A stretch of 64,000 nucleotides of DNA from Armatimonadota bacterium (lineage in GTDB: Bacteria > Armatimonadota > UBA5829 > DSUL01), in the NCBI GenBank assembly GCA_039811685.1, contig JBDHZC010000002.1, forward strand, positions 1-64,000, read 5' to 3'. Below, piece by piece: positions 37,014 to 46,433 of the stretch. The translations under genes were made by a program, and so were the position numbers. Position 1 is the stretch's first letter. Each line of letters begins with the position of its first letter. The notes beneath the pieces are model-generated. The model made no database searches. It saw only the letters and a program-made list of their open reading frames with translations, and had not been told where the DNA came from.

Positions 37014-38711
37014 ATGAGTCACAGCTCCAGTAACACACTAGGAAGATACGAGATTATCCGCGAGATCGCTCGCTCGAACGACATCGTCTACGAAGCGGTC
37101 GATCCCTCCATCGGCCGCCGTGTCGCGCTCAAAGAGCTCCAGATGCCGGCGAATCTCGTCGGTAGCGCAAAGCGGGAGCGCATCGAACGCTTCTACCGCG
37201 AAGCCAAAGCCGCCGGCCACCTGACGCACCCCAACATCGTCACCATCTACGAAGTCGGCGAAGAAGCCGGGCGGCACTTCATCGCTATGGAGTTTCTGGA
37301 AGGTCAGACGCTTCAGGACACTATCGAAATCCGCGGCGCGCTGCCGCCGCAGGAGGCGATAGACGTCGCACTTCAGGTGCTGGACGCTCTCGGCTATGCT
37401 CACACAAATGGCGTGATTCACCGGGACATCAAGCCAGCCAACATTCAGATGCTGCCGGGCGGTCGCGTTAAGCTGACAGACTTCGGCATCGCGCGCATCA
37501 CCGCGGAGCCTTCCATCACTGCAAGCGGGCAGATATTCGGAACGCCATCGTACATGTCCCCGGAGCAGATCGCTGGGAAAGACATCGACGCGCGCTCGGA
37601 TCTGTTTTCTGTCGGCGTTGTGCTCTATGAAGCTCTCACTGCGGCCAAACCCTTCACCGGCGACAGCGTCGTCACAATCACCTACAACATTATGAACCTG
37701 CCTTCGCCGCGCCCCGCCGGGGTTCCGGAGGCTCTGGCGGACGTCGTTGTGAAGGCGATGGAGAAAGACCCCGCCCGGCGCTTTCAGAGCGCGCGGGAGT
37801 TTTCGGATGCGTTGAAGGTGGCTCTTGCGCAGCCGTCCGCTTCTGCGCCGCCTCCGCCAATTTTCTTTCCACACGGACAGTCTCCCTATGGCGGCCCTCC
37901 GGTGGGACCACCGTCAGCGCCATCTCCGTTTCCCGGAAGCTCCCCTCCACCGGCCGGCTCACAGGCTCCCGGAGGAGGACCAGGCGCCTTTCCAAGCCAG
38001 ACACCCGCGCCAAACCTTCCGCCGCCGTCTTTCCAACGTACTTATCGGCCACCCCGCCCCCTCCTGACGCAAACCCAGAAGGCCACCCTGCTCACCACCT
38101 TTCTGGCAGTGGTGACCGGCGCCCTGTTGCTGTTGGCGATATACGGGGTGGTGCGCGCTTACGACAACTACCAGATGCAGCAGAGCGATACGCAGGCCAA
38201 CAGCTATATTCAGAAGGGCAATGAGAATATGGACAGCAGGCGCTACGATCAGGCAGTAGAACAGTACAGCAAGGCCCTGCAGTTGGACCTCACGCCAGCT
38301 ACTCACGACTCCGTCGTCAGAAGCATTATCGCAGCCTATGCCATGTGGGCGAACGACATGATCGATCGCGGCAATCCGGGCTACGGGCTGACTCTGGCGA
38401 ACAAGGCGCTGGAGTACAACAACGACTCCGGAGATGCGCTCTACGTCGCCGGGCGGGCTTACTACCGCACTGGACAACTGGCGCAAGCGCTCACCTACTG
38501 GGAGCGCGCCGCCGGAGACCCCTCCTCTTCAGGAGGCAAAGCGGCCATTGACAGCCTGCAGCAGTACTACTGGAACCAGGCGGCCTCAGCGCAGGACAGC
38601 GGGGATTTGCAGAGCGCTGTGAAAGCGTGGCAGAGAATCGTGCAGATTGGCCCGGGCACCGATCTCGCGCGCCGGGCGCAGGACCAGATTGACCAGGCCA
38701 TGCTGCGCTGA
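37014..38711 (+). CDS. Hanks-type Ser/Thr kinase with TM and extracellular TPR repeats
   Basis: VALK, HPNIV, HRDIKPAN, DFGIA, GTPSYMSPEQ; Pro-rich linker; TM; TPR-like helices. Confidence 0.95.
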   Translation: MSHSSSNTLGRYEIIREIARSNDIVYEAVDPSIGRRVALKELQMPANLVGSAKRERIERFYREAKAAGHLTHPNIVTIYEVGEEAGRHFIAMEFLEGQTLQDTIEIRGALPPQEAIDVALQVLDALGYAHTNGVIHRDIKPANIQMLPGGRVKLTDFGIARITAEPSITASGQIFGTPSYMSPEQIAGKDIDARSDLFSVGVVLYEALTAAKPFTGDSVVTITYNIMNLPSPRPAGVPEALADVVVKAMEKDPARRFQSAREFSDALKVALAQPSASAPPPPIFFPHGQSPYGGPPVGPPSAPSPFPGSSPPPAGSQAPGGGPGAFPSQTPAPNLPPPSFQRTYRPPRPLLTQTQKATLLTTFLAVVTGALLLLAIYGVVRAYDNYQMQQSDTQANSYIQKGNENMDSRRYDQAVEQYSKALQLDLTPATHDSVVRSIIAAYAMWANDMIDRGNPGYGLTLANKALEYNNDSGDALYVAGRAYYRTGQLAQALTYWERAAGDPSSSGGKAAIDSLQQYYWNQAASAQDSGDLQSAVKAWQRIVQIGPGTDLARRAQDQIDQAMLR

Positions 38712-38720
38712 AATCGCGCA

Positions 38721-38750
38721 AGCGGCCTGTAGCTCAAGCAATAGGCCGCT
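38721..38750. terminator. Hairpin between convergent genes
   Basis: AGCGGCCTGT-N10-ATAGGCCGCT. Confidence 0.55.
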
Positions 38751-38840
38751 CATGAGATAGCCAGCTCACGCGACAAGCCGCGCATGCGATAGCTCGTTCC
38801 TATTACCGGCACTCGTAGACAGCCGGACTGTGCGCGCCTG

Positions 38841-40307
38841 CTATCCAGGCGGAGGCGGTGGCGGGGTGTCAATGTCGATGACGGTATAGGAGCGCATCTG
38901 ATCCCATGGGCTGGTCAGGGAGCGGTCGTCCGTCACGCGCATCCACGCGTTCACGCTCTGATTGTCCATCGTGTTCTTGAAGACCACTGGCACATCAAGT
39001 TGCAGCTTCGTCGCGCCTTTTGTAACCGCCACCTGCGCCACGTTGATGCTCACGCGGCTGTTCTGCACGGAGACGTTCGTCCCCGGCGCCACCCCACCCA
39101 ACCACGCGGCGTTTGCATCATCGCGAAGATAGAACTTGTTGTTCTTCTGATCGTAAAGCACCAGAATCCCGTTCTCGAACTTCAGCGACGTATTCAGAAG
39201 AAGATAGTTGTACGTCATCGCGCCCGTTCCAGCCGGATCGCTGTACACAGCCGAGAACACATTGGTGTTCTTCAGCGCCAGAAAGACCACTTCGGGTGAG
39301 AGGCTGACGTTAGACGGTTTGCCCACAATTGTAAGTCTTCCCATGGACTGAAAACCGCTGGACTGAGCCCTGTCATCATCCACATACATCCACGCAACAG
39401 GCCGCTGGCCGGACACCGTCTCCTTGAAGCTGACACTCCACGTGACCGTCAGAGTCGCGTCGTGCCTCTGCACTTTCGTCGCGGCGACATTCAGCCTGAC
39501 CCGGCTGTTTTCAATGGTTGCGTTAACGCCGGGAGCCACATTCCCCAGCCACGCCGTGTTGGCGTCGTCCCGCAGATAAAGCCGGTTGGCCTTCGGATCG
39601 TACAGCAGGTAGATGCTGTTCACGCCGGAGGCGGTGTCGTTCACCAGCAGGACGCACTTGGTCATGGAGTCCGCGCCGCCCTCATCCCAGTACTGGGTGG
39701 TGAACGACACTGGCGTGTCCGTATAGAAGGAACCGGACGCCGGGTTGAGGTTGAGGTTCACGGGTGGCCGCGTTATCAGAAATCCGCCGAAAGACTCCCA
39801 ACCCGCCGTCGCCCCGGCGGTGTCGCGCACAAACATCCACGGCCGCAGGGTCTGCCCCTGCAGGACGTCAAAGAACGAAAGAATCCAGCGTATTGAGAAG
39901 TTGTTGCCGACCTTTGCGGTAACCACCTCACCGCACCAGAGCCTGGCGCGACTGTTTTGAATGACGTTGTTGGAGCCCGGCTCATAGCCACCCAGCCAGG
40001 CCGTATTGGCGTCGTTGCGCATGTAGAGCTTGTTGGTGGGAACGTCGTAATACAGATAAATGCTGTTCGCGCCGGACACAGTGAGATTGAGCAGCAGAAA
40101 TACGTGGCGCAGGTCGCTGGCTCCGTCAGCGTCGGAATAGTTGCTGCGAAAAGCGTACTTCGCATTAGGCGCAAAGTGTCCTATATTCGGAACAAAGCCT
40201 GCATTGACCGGCGCATGGTTGAGAGCAAGCGCTGGTGAGGCTACCAGCGGAAGAGCCCCCAATGCGCACAACACCCCGAGCCTTATCCCGCGCAAAATCT
40301 GTTTCAT
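38841..40307 (-). CDS. Secreted protein made of three tandem ~150-aa beta-rich repeats
   Basis: Signal peptide; three copies of Y.D..G.......LL.N......N.I...YD...N..Y.R.DAN.AWLG...PG.N....NSR. Confidence 0.85.
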   Translation of the reverse strand: MKQILRGIRLGVLCALGALPLVASPALALNHAPVNAGFVPNIGHFAPNAKYAFRSNYSDADGASDLRHVFLLLNLTVSGANSIYLYYDVPTNKLYMRNDANTAWLGGYEPGSNNVIQNSRARLWCGEVVTAKVGNNFSIRWILSFFDVLQGQTLRPWMFVRDTAGATAGWESFGGFLITRPPVNLNLNPASGSFYTDTPVSFTTQYWDEGGADSMTKCVLLVNDTASGVNSIYLLYDPKANRLYLRDDANTAWLGNVAPGVNATIENSRVRLNVAATKVQRHDATLTVTWSVSFKETVSGQRPVAWMYVDDDRAQSSGFQSMGRLTIVGKPSNVSLSPEVVFLALKNTNVFSAVYSDPAGTGAMTYNYLLLNTSLKFENGILVLYDQKNNKFYLRDDANAAWLGGVAPGTNVSVQNSRVSINVAQVAVTKGATKLQLDVPVVFKNTMDNQSVNAWMRVTDDRSLTSPWDQMRSYTVIDIDTPPPPPPG

Positions 40308-40497
40308 CCGTCGCATCTCTCCTGTTTCCAGATCCGTCCGTGCCACAAGCGAATACAAATCAGCCAGCCGACGTACTCGCGCCGCACTAACCGCACTATA
40401 CGTAGTAGTTGAACATTGAGGAGCAGAAACCTGCTTCAACACAGAGGACAAGCCGTCTGTCTGACGACTCTATCGCGGACGCAGTTCCGAAGCTGCT

Positions 40498-41097
40498 CTA
40501 CTTCAGGACGAGCGGCTCGCTAAGGGGTTCAATTCCTTCTGGAAACAAATTGTAGAAGATTCGCAAGACATCTTCTACACTTATGGGCTGCAGTTGATGA
40601 ATAACCAGATACATCAAGGTCCTTGGCTGCCAGTCGCCAACCGACATCCAGAAGCGGAGATTGAGCGCAATCCTCCCGCCCATCCGCCGGTAAAACTCCA
40701 TTCGCCGCTCCGCCAGCCGCCGCTGAGTCTCATCCGGCATTTGGTCCGGCCGCTCAATCTCATAGACTACCGCACGCACACAGTCCAGACTTTTGATAAT
40801 AGTCTTATAAAGTTTTGCGCCAATTCCTTGACTCCGATGCTCTGGGCACACTGCCAGATACCAGAGCGCCGCCACGTCACCCCGCCGCTCATACAGCGCC
40901 ATGCCGGCAAACTTACCGTCTACCAGAGCTGCGACAAGGCTCACGTCCGGGGCGTCCGCATTCAACAGGCCAAGCAGCCTGCTGAACTGAATCTGTTCAT
41001 GCGGAGGAAAGGCCGTCTGAAACAGATCAAGCCACGGCAGAAAGAGAGGATCCGATGCGTCCGATATCCGGTGGAGCCTCAGTTCAGAAGCATTCAC
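40498..41097 (-). CDS. GNAT family N-acetyltransferase
   Basis: AFPPHE, LWYLAV.PEHRSQGIG, EIE.P...RR.EFYRR.G. Confidence 0.88.
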   Translation of the reverse strand: MNASELRLHRISDASDPLFLPWLDLFQTAFPPHEQIQFSRLLGLLNADAPDVSLVAALVDGKFAGMALYERRGDVAALWYLAVCPEHRSQGIGAKLYKTIIKSLDCVRAVVYEIERPDQMPDETQRRLAERRMEFYRRMGGRIALNLRFWMSVGDWQPRTLMYLVIHQLQPISVEDVLRIFYNLFPEGIEPLSEPLVLK

Positions 41098-42704
41098 TGG
41101 TTCGCCGCAGCCATCCGAGGATCGGCAGTTGAGCTTACCACGTCAATGCGGTTCTTCACACCCGCCACTATCTGGCTCTCCCGCCCACGGATCATCTTCA
41201 GATTTGGCGGGAGGCCTTCGGCCACTTCCGCGAGGACAGCCAGAAAAGTTGCAGAGGCGTTCTTGACGCCGCGCTGCACCGCCCGGTCAGTCAGGGCCAC
41301 TCTGCCGCGCTCGCTGTAAAGCACATCTGAGTAGCGCGCCACCAGGTCCGGCAGTCTTCTCACAACGCGCTTCACGGGGAGGGTCTGCGGCGCGTCCTCA
41401 CCAGGCGCACTTTCCCCTGACGCCGTCGCTGCCGAAACATCCGCGACAGAGACTGCGCTCTGTGCCTCAGACGCCACCCGCACAGCTTCATCCCCGTAGG
41501 CATACCTCTTCCGGACTGGCTCCTCACCAACCTGGACAGACACTTCCGTCACAGGAATTCTGAAGAACTTATCCGCCAGATAGTAAGACCTGAACGCCTC
41601 CCGTATCTGTGCCACCTGGAACGCGCGGGACTTTCGCCCCGCGTCCTGAAAGATCGCGACAAGTCTCTTGTCCTCGATAATCAACTTCACCGCATCCTGC
41701 GAAGTCTTGACCTCGCCGGTCAGCGGATCGCGCACAAAAAGCTCACCCTGCCGCACGTCAATGCCATGATCAGAAAAGAAGCGTTTGAACTCGTTGGCAG
41801 GCTTTCGCGCCTGAGCGTCTTTCATACGCTGCAGCACCCGGACAAGTGAGTGTCCGGCCGCGCGCTCACCTGTCGTAAACTGGATGAACCCGACCGAAAC
41901 ATAACCCGTGTCCCAGGTGTTTATCGCGTCAAATCCGCCCTCCCTTGCGGAGACTCTGAGCAGTACTCGACGGGTGACCTCATCGGTGACGCCGGCCTCG
42001 CGGAAAAGATTTTCCAAGCCGTCCATCAGCCGGGCTGGAGAGCCGGAGTCACTGACACCCCTGTCGTGGAGAAGAAACGGCGTGTCAGGGCTGATCGGAT
42101 CTCCGCGGTAGTAGTAAACAGCTCGGTTCCACGGCAGCACAACCTTGTATCCGTAAAAGCGTTGGAAGCCGGTAGCGGGAGGTGGAGAAATTCGCCGCCT
42201 CACTTCCCGCGCATTGAAAAGTGGGGATACGGCCGCTGCGGGCCCTTCGCCTGCCAGGCATCGGGTCGCTTCATGCGCGTGATACTTGTGAAACCAGCGC
42301 CTCAGTTCCTGAGCCTCCGTCGTCAGTCCCGCCTTATCCAGCTTCTTGAGCGCGTTTTGAAAAGCGACACGCCAGAGTGTGTAACCAGGAGTCTCCCGCG
42401 CGTGGTCGCGCGGCTGCGGGGGCGGCACTCCGTTCCACCCGTCACCGCTGTCGTCGCTCAGGCTCCCGGCCTGCGTGGTCATTTCGGAAGGAAGAAGCGC
42501 GGCCCGGCTATCCAGCCCGGACACAGGATAAACAATAGCTTTGTCAGAGGAAGAGGCCTTCGGATGATACGGCGTCAGCCACATCAGAAGCATCGTCAGG
42601 CCGCCAGCCACAACAATGGCGACTGTTGCGATACCGTCACGTCCGCATTTCCGCAGACGTGAAAGCACCCCCCTGCCTTTTTCGTGCCTTCCAGAATCTC
42701 TCAT
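41094..42704 (-). CDS. Membrane-anchored protein with lysozyme-like domain
   Basis: N-terminal TM; SAREGGFDAINTWD.GYVSVGFIQFT resembles lysozyme-fold catalytic Glu and G..Q motifs. Confidence 0.7.
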   Translation of the reverse strand: MRDSGRHEKGRGVLSRLRKCGRDGIATVAIVVAGGLTMLLMWLTPYHPKASSSDKAIVYPVSGLDSRAALLPSEMTTQAGSLSDDSGDGWNGVPPPQPRDHARETPGYTLWRVAFQNALKKLDKAGLTTEAQELRRWFHKYHAHEATRCLAGEGPAAAVSPLFNAREVRRRISPPPATGFQRFYGYKVVLPWNRAVYYYRGDPISPDTPFLLHDRGVSDSGSPARLMDGLENLFREAGVTDEVTRRVLLRVSAREGGFDAINTWDTGYVSVGFIQFTTGERAAGHSLVRVLQRMKDAQARKPANEFKRFFSDHGIDVRQGELFVRDPLTGEVKTSQDAVKLIIEDKRLVAIFQDAGRKSRAFQVAQIREAFRSYYLADKFFRIPVTEVSVQVGEEPVRKRYAYGDEAVRVASEAQSAVSVADVSAATASGESAPGEDAPQTLPVKRVVRRLPDLVARYSDVLYSERGRVALTDRAVQRGVKNASATFLAVLAEVAEGLPPNLKMIRGRESQIVAGVKNRIDVVSSTADPRMAAANQ

Positions 42705-42779
42705 CAGTTATACAGTCAGCGAATCCCCAGAGAGCCACCGCCATTGCGGGACCCTGGCGCGTACGCCTCCAGTAATTAT

Positions 42780-42916
42780 GTCATCCCCGGCCACACTTCC
42801 GTAGCGCCGCGTTCAAAAACAGACCCTTCGTGAGCCCGGAAGCCGCGCCACCGAAGCGCAATGCCGAGCCACGGAGAATAACGGTTGCAGGAGGTCAGGG
42901 AGTTCCAGCGGATGAC
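42780..42916 (-). ncRNA. Candidate structured RNA / palindromic element (rod-like)
   Basis: Ends GTCATCC/GGATGAC pair; nested stems CGTG-GCTCGG/CCGGGC-T-CACG and TTGCGC/GCGCGG; G-U pairs favour the - strand. Confidence 0.4.
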
Positions 42917-43017
42917 GCGCCGCAGATTGCAGCCGCCTTCGCAGGTGGAGAACGTAACAAAACAGCGCCGCAGCATCCTTCCGGGTGCAGAACCGAATCG
43001 CAAACGGGGAGAACAAA

Positions 43018-43105
43018 CGGAGAGGGCGAGATTCGAACTCGCGCTGGGGACAGGCCCCAGGACAGTTTTCAAGACTGTTGCCTTAAACCACTCGGCCACC
43101 TCTCC
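43018..43105 (-). tRNA. tRNA-Ser (anticodon TGA)
   Basis: GGAGAGGTGGCCGAGTGG...ACAGT-CTTGAAA-ACTGT, long variable arm, GTTCGAATC, CCTCTCCG; CCA not encoded. Confidence 0.97.
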
Positions 43106-43150
43106 GCAGAGGCTTCCACAGACAGATGCGCCTGCGCGAAACTTCCACCT

Positions 43151-43180
43151 ATTGTAACCCGCAGCCGGTTTGCGCGGCAA
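43151..43180 (-). promoter_or_regulatory. Promoter for tRNA-Ser
   Basis: TTGCCG-N18-TACAAT on the - strand. Confidence 0.55.
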
Positions 43181-43499
43181 TGTGCCCGGAACCCGGCAAA
43201 CTCCGCAGTTTATCCGTGGAATTGCCCGAGATTTGGGGAAATCAGGTAGTTTTGCTAGCGGCAAACAGGCTCATCTGGGTGGTTTTGCGCAAGCGAGCGT
43301 GCTACAATGGGTATGGCAATTCTGTCGGAAGGGCCTGTGAGTTGTCGGCGGTGCGGCTGAAGCAACCCCCTATCTGAGCAGATTTCCTCGAAAAGCGGCG
43401 GCCAGTCGCCGCTTTCAACTTATAGACTTTCAGGCATATCGGGCCTGGAAAAAGTTTTTGCTCGGTTTTCGTCGCGAGCACCTGGGAATACGTGTCATC

Positions 43500-44303
43500 A
43501 TGCTACATCTTTTGAGGGGAAGAACGATAGCCGGGGGAATTGCGGCCGTGACATCTGCCGTATTAGCGACGCTCCTAATTGCGCCACCAGCCGCAATGGC
43601 AGACCCTGGTACCAACTCGATCGCTTTGACAATTTTCGGATCAACTTCTCAGGGAGTATCCGGCGCTGGCCTGTCCGGCCAGATAATGGGCGCCTACAAC
43701 CGGAAAGACCCTACCGCGGCGCCCAGTGTCCCCGCCTCACCCGTCTCACTGAACACTCCCGTCATCCAGATCCGCAACGAGTCCACTTCCGGCGCTGCGC
43801 TCACGGGCTTTTCACTCACTATCAACGACAACTCTCATGTCTTTGACTGGGCAGTGCTGGAGTCGGCCGGGCGGATGGATGGCTCAGCGTTCAACGGGCT
43901 CGCCTGGACGCAGATACTCCCAGAGCTGCCAGACAACAACAGCCTCGGTGGTCTGGATCCAGTTTCCTCCGTTCTGCAGTATGCCTTCGAAGGGTTTGAT
44001 GTGGGCGAGTATTTTGAGTTTCAGACAGACATCGATCCGGGCATTGTAGATTTCCGGCCGATTCTGTTCAACCCGGCTACGCCGGCCACGGTGAGCTTCA
44101 CGTTTTCAGACGGCACTTCCGTCAGCCACGCTCTGGCCTCAGGTGTATCTCTGGCAGGCCCGGGAAATCAGCGTAACTTCCAGATTCCGCTTCAAATCCC
44201 AGCCCTTATTCCGGAGCCCGCCTTCCTGCAACTTGGGGCGCTCGGCGCAATGGGCGCAATGGGATTTTTCAGAGCGAGAAAGCGCAGTACGGCAGAGCGC
44301 TAA
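43500..44303 (+). CDS. PEP-CTERM sorting-domain protein
   Basis: Signal peptide (AMA-D); C-terminal IPEP, TM, then RARKR. Confidence 0.9.
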   Translation: MLHLLRGRTIAGGIAAVTSAVLATLLIAPPAAMADPGTNSIALTIFGSTSQGVSGAGLSGQIMGAYNRKDPTAAPSVPASPVSLNTPVIQIRNESTSGAALTGFSLTINDNSHVFDWAVLESAGRMDGSAFNGLAWTQILPELPDNNSLGGLDPVSSVLQYAFEGFDVGEYFEFQTDIDPGIVDFRPILFNPATPATVSFTFSDGTSVSHALASGVSLAGPGNQRNFQIPLQIPALIPEPAFLQLGALGAMGAMGFFRARKRSTAER

Positions 44304-44335
44304 TTACTTCAAGAGCTGATTCTCTCAAACGAACA

Positions 44336-44369
44336 AGCGCCGGGCCAAATGGCCTGGCGCTCTTTTTTT
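44336..44369 (+). terminator. Rho-independent terminator
   Basis: AGCGCCGGGCC-AAAT-GGCCTGGCGCT followed by TTTTTTT. Confidence 0.85.
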
Positions 44370-44414
44370 CTAACTGCTGTCTCCGCAACCCTGCGAAGTT
44401 AGAAAGCGTCCAGC

Positions 44415-46433
44415 CTACTCTGCCGCACTCAGCACCTGAATGTCTGAGACCGTGCGCGCCCGCACCACGGATCGCAGGTCTGACCCGTCCTTGCGTAGAC
44501 CGGAGATGCCTGTCACCGCCACAAAGTCACCAGCCATTACGGGCGCGGTGAAGCTCGCTGTCTCCACTCTGACAGACCCGTTATCAGCAAACGCGCCGTC
44601 CGTTATCGTAATATGATCCTGCGCGGTAGTGAGAACCCGCCCGAACACGCGCATCAAGAGCCCCACCGTAGAAAGGTTCTGCGCTCCCTGGCTCGTCCCC
44701 GTCTGTCCAGCGCCACTCATCGGATTGTAAGAAAACGGGCCACTTTGGAGGTCGTCGCCCGAGGTAGCCAGCGCTCGTGGCTCACCCGGGTGCGAGAGTG
44801 TCCGCCAGCCAGCGTCTGAGAGCGTGCGCTCTCCGTCAACCGTCGCCAAAACTCCGGCCACCTCCACGCTGTCTCCGCTTGCGCCAGTCATCGCCTCAAC
44901 GCCGATACCGCTGGAGCGATCGACCGCCTGCACGTACCCCCGTCCAGACGTCTGCGCTGCGTCACTCGTGCGCACCACGCCCTGCAAAAGCACCGCCTTG
45001 CCGTCAGCCAGCAGCTTCGCAGCACCCGGAGAAGAAAAAGCGCTGTGGACAACCAGAATACCGTCACTGATGCCCGGAGCGCTCCACGGCCCCGTCGCTC
45101 CACGGGCGCGGACGTAAATGTAATAACGCTCACCCGGCGTCAAAGCCAGCGACGAAAGCGTCGTCTCAACCGACACGCCCACAGACGTCCAACCTGTCAC
45201 AAACTCACCCGGATCAGCGCTCGGGCTGGTCCCCGCAGCCACTTCGTATTCAACCACGTCGCCAGCATCCGCGTCTGTCCACGTCGCGTGAAGCTGCGTC
45301 GTGCTCACAGTCCCCACACCGTCGTCCGCCACAACCGGAGAAGCCACAGTCGCCTGGGATGCGCCCAGCACCGCTCGCCAGGCCTGCACGCGTCCCTGTG
45401 GGTCCAGTCCCCGTCCCACAATAGTAGATCCGTCCGCGCTGATCGCGTTTGCGCGCTCAAGCTTCCATCCCGTAAGATCCAGCCCGTAGTCCTGCTCCAA
45501 TACCTGCTTCAACGGACGCATGTGGTGGGCGCTATCCCAGATGAAAGCCTCTGTGCCGGCGCTGCTCGTGCTCAGCCCAACCACGATCGAGCCGTCCCCG
45601 GATATCCCCGTCGCTTCACTGTAGAAGTCACCACCGGGAAGGTCTCCCAGCGCTTCAAACCCGTTGGCGCCGCTCCATCGGAACGCTTCCCATCCGTTGC
45701 TGGAAATGCTCGCCCCCGCCAGAAAAACGCCGTTGGCGGAAATCGCGTTGGCAGCGCTGAAAAAGCTGAGACCGCCGAGCGTAGATATCCCGACCGGACC
45801 TGTAACCCCTGTCCAGTAGGCTGCCTCGTAGCCCTGGGCTGTGTCCCCATATCCGGCGGAAATAGACCCGTCTGCGCTGACGGCTATTGCCTCACCATAG
45901 ACGTCGCCATCCGCCAGATCAGCCAGCGCCTGCATTCCAGACCCCTGCGTCCACCTGAACGCCTGACGCCCGTCCGCGGTGTCACTGGACCCAACCACCA
46001 CGGACCCATCCGCCGACACTCCGCGAGCCTGACTGAAAAATCCTCCGCCAGCCAGATCTCCCAGACCGGCCATGCCGGAACTCGTCCACCGGAAGGCTTC
46101 GCGCCCGTTGCTGGATTCGCTATCCCCAACAACAACGCTTCCATCTGCCGAGACTCCGAAAGCAGCGCTGAAAAAGCTGCCGCCCGCCAGATCGCCCAGT
46201 CCCTGCATCTGCGTCTGCGCCGTCCAGCGGAAAGCCTGTTCCCCGGAAGCGGACTGGCTGACGCCCACAACCACAGACCCGTCAGCAGAAACGGCCCGCG
46301 CATCGCTGTTGAACGCTCCTCCGCTGAGATCGCCAAGCCCTTCAAAGCTGGCGCCGGAGCTTGCTGTTGGCATGACCAGACACACGGCAGCAGCCAGGCA
46401 GACAGTGACAAAGATTCGGTGCAAAAAGTTCAA
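44415..46433 (-). CDS. Extracellular HAF-repeat protein with FN3-like and uncharacterised C-terminal domains
   Basis: Signal peptide; about seven repeats of GLGDL.GG.F.S.A.GVSADGSVVVG.S....G.(E/Q)AFRW. Confidence 0.88.
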   Translation of the reverse strand: MNFLHRIFVTVCLAAAVCLVMPTASSGASFEGLGDLSGGAFNSDARAVSADGSVVVGVSQSASGEQAFRWTAQTQMQGLGDLAGGSFFSAAFGVSADGSVVVGDSESSNGREAFRWTSSGMAGLGDLAGGGFFSQARGVSADGSVVVGSSDTADGRQAFRWTQGSGMQALADLADGDVYGEAIAVSADGSISAGYGDTAQGYEAAYWTGVTGPVGISTLGGLSFFSAANAISANGVFLAGASISSNGWEAFRWSGANGFEALGDLPGGDFYSEATGISGDGSIVVGLSTSSAGTEAFIWDSAHHMRPLKQVLEQDYGLDLTGWKLERANAISADGSTIVGRGLDPQGRVQAWRAVLGASQATVASPVVADDGVGTVSTTQLHATWTDADAGDVVEYEVAAGTSPSADPGEFVTGWTSVGVSVETTLSSLALTPGERYYIYVRARGATGPWSAPGISDGILVVHSAFSSPGAAKLLADGKAVLLQGVVRTSDAAQTSGRGYVQAVDRSSGIGVEAMTGASGDSVEVAGVLATVDGERTLSDAGWRTLSHPGEPRALATSGDDLQSGPFSYNPMSGAGQTGTSQGAQNLSTVGLLMRVFGRVLTTAQDHITITDGAFADNGSVRVETASFTAPVMAGDFVAVTGISGLRKDGSDLRSVVRARTVSDIQVLSAAE

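Noticed and set aside
42759..42786. dif site (TTATGTCATCC arm)
   Set aside because: Only a partial XerD-arm match and no plausible XerC arm.
42845..42865. Glycine riboswitch (CACCGAAG-CGCAA)
   Set aside because: The other conserved elements (GGAGAG, CTCAGG) are absent and there is no fitting downstream gene on that strand.
43018..43105. Island integrated at tRNA-Ser
   Set aside because: No integrase adjacent and no duplicated tRNA 3' end noticed in the window.
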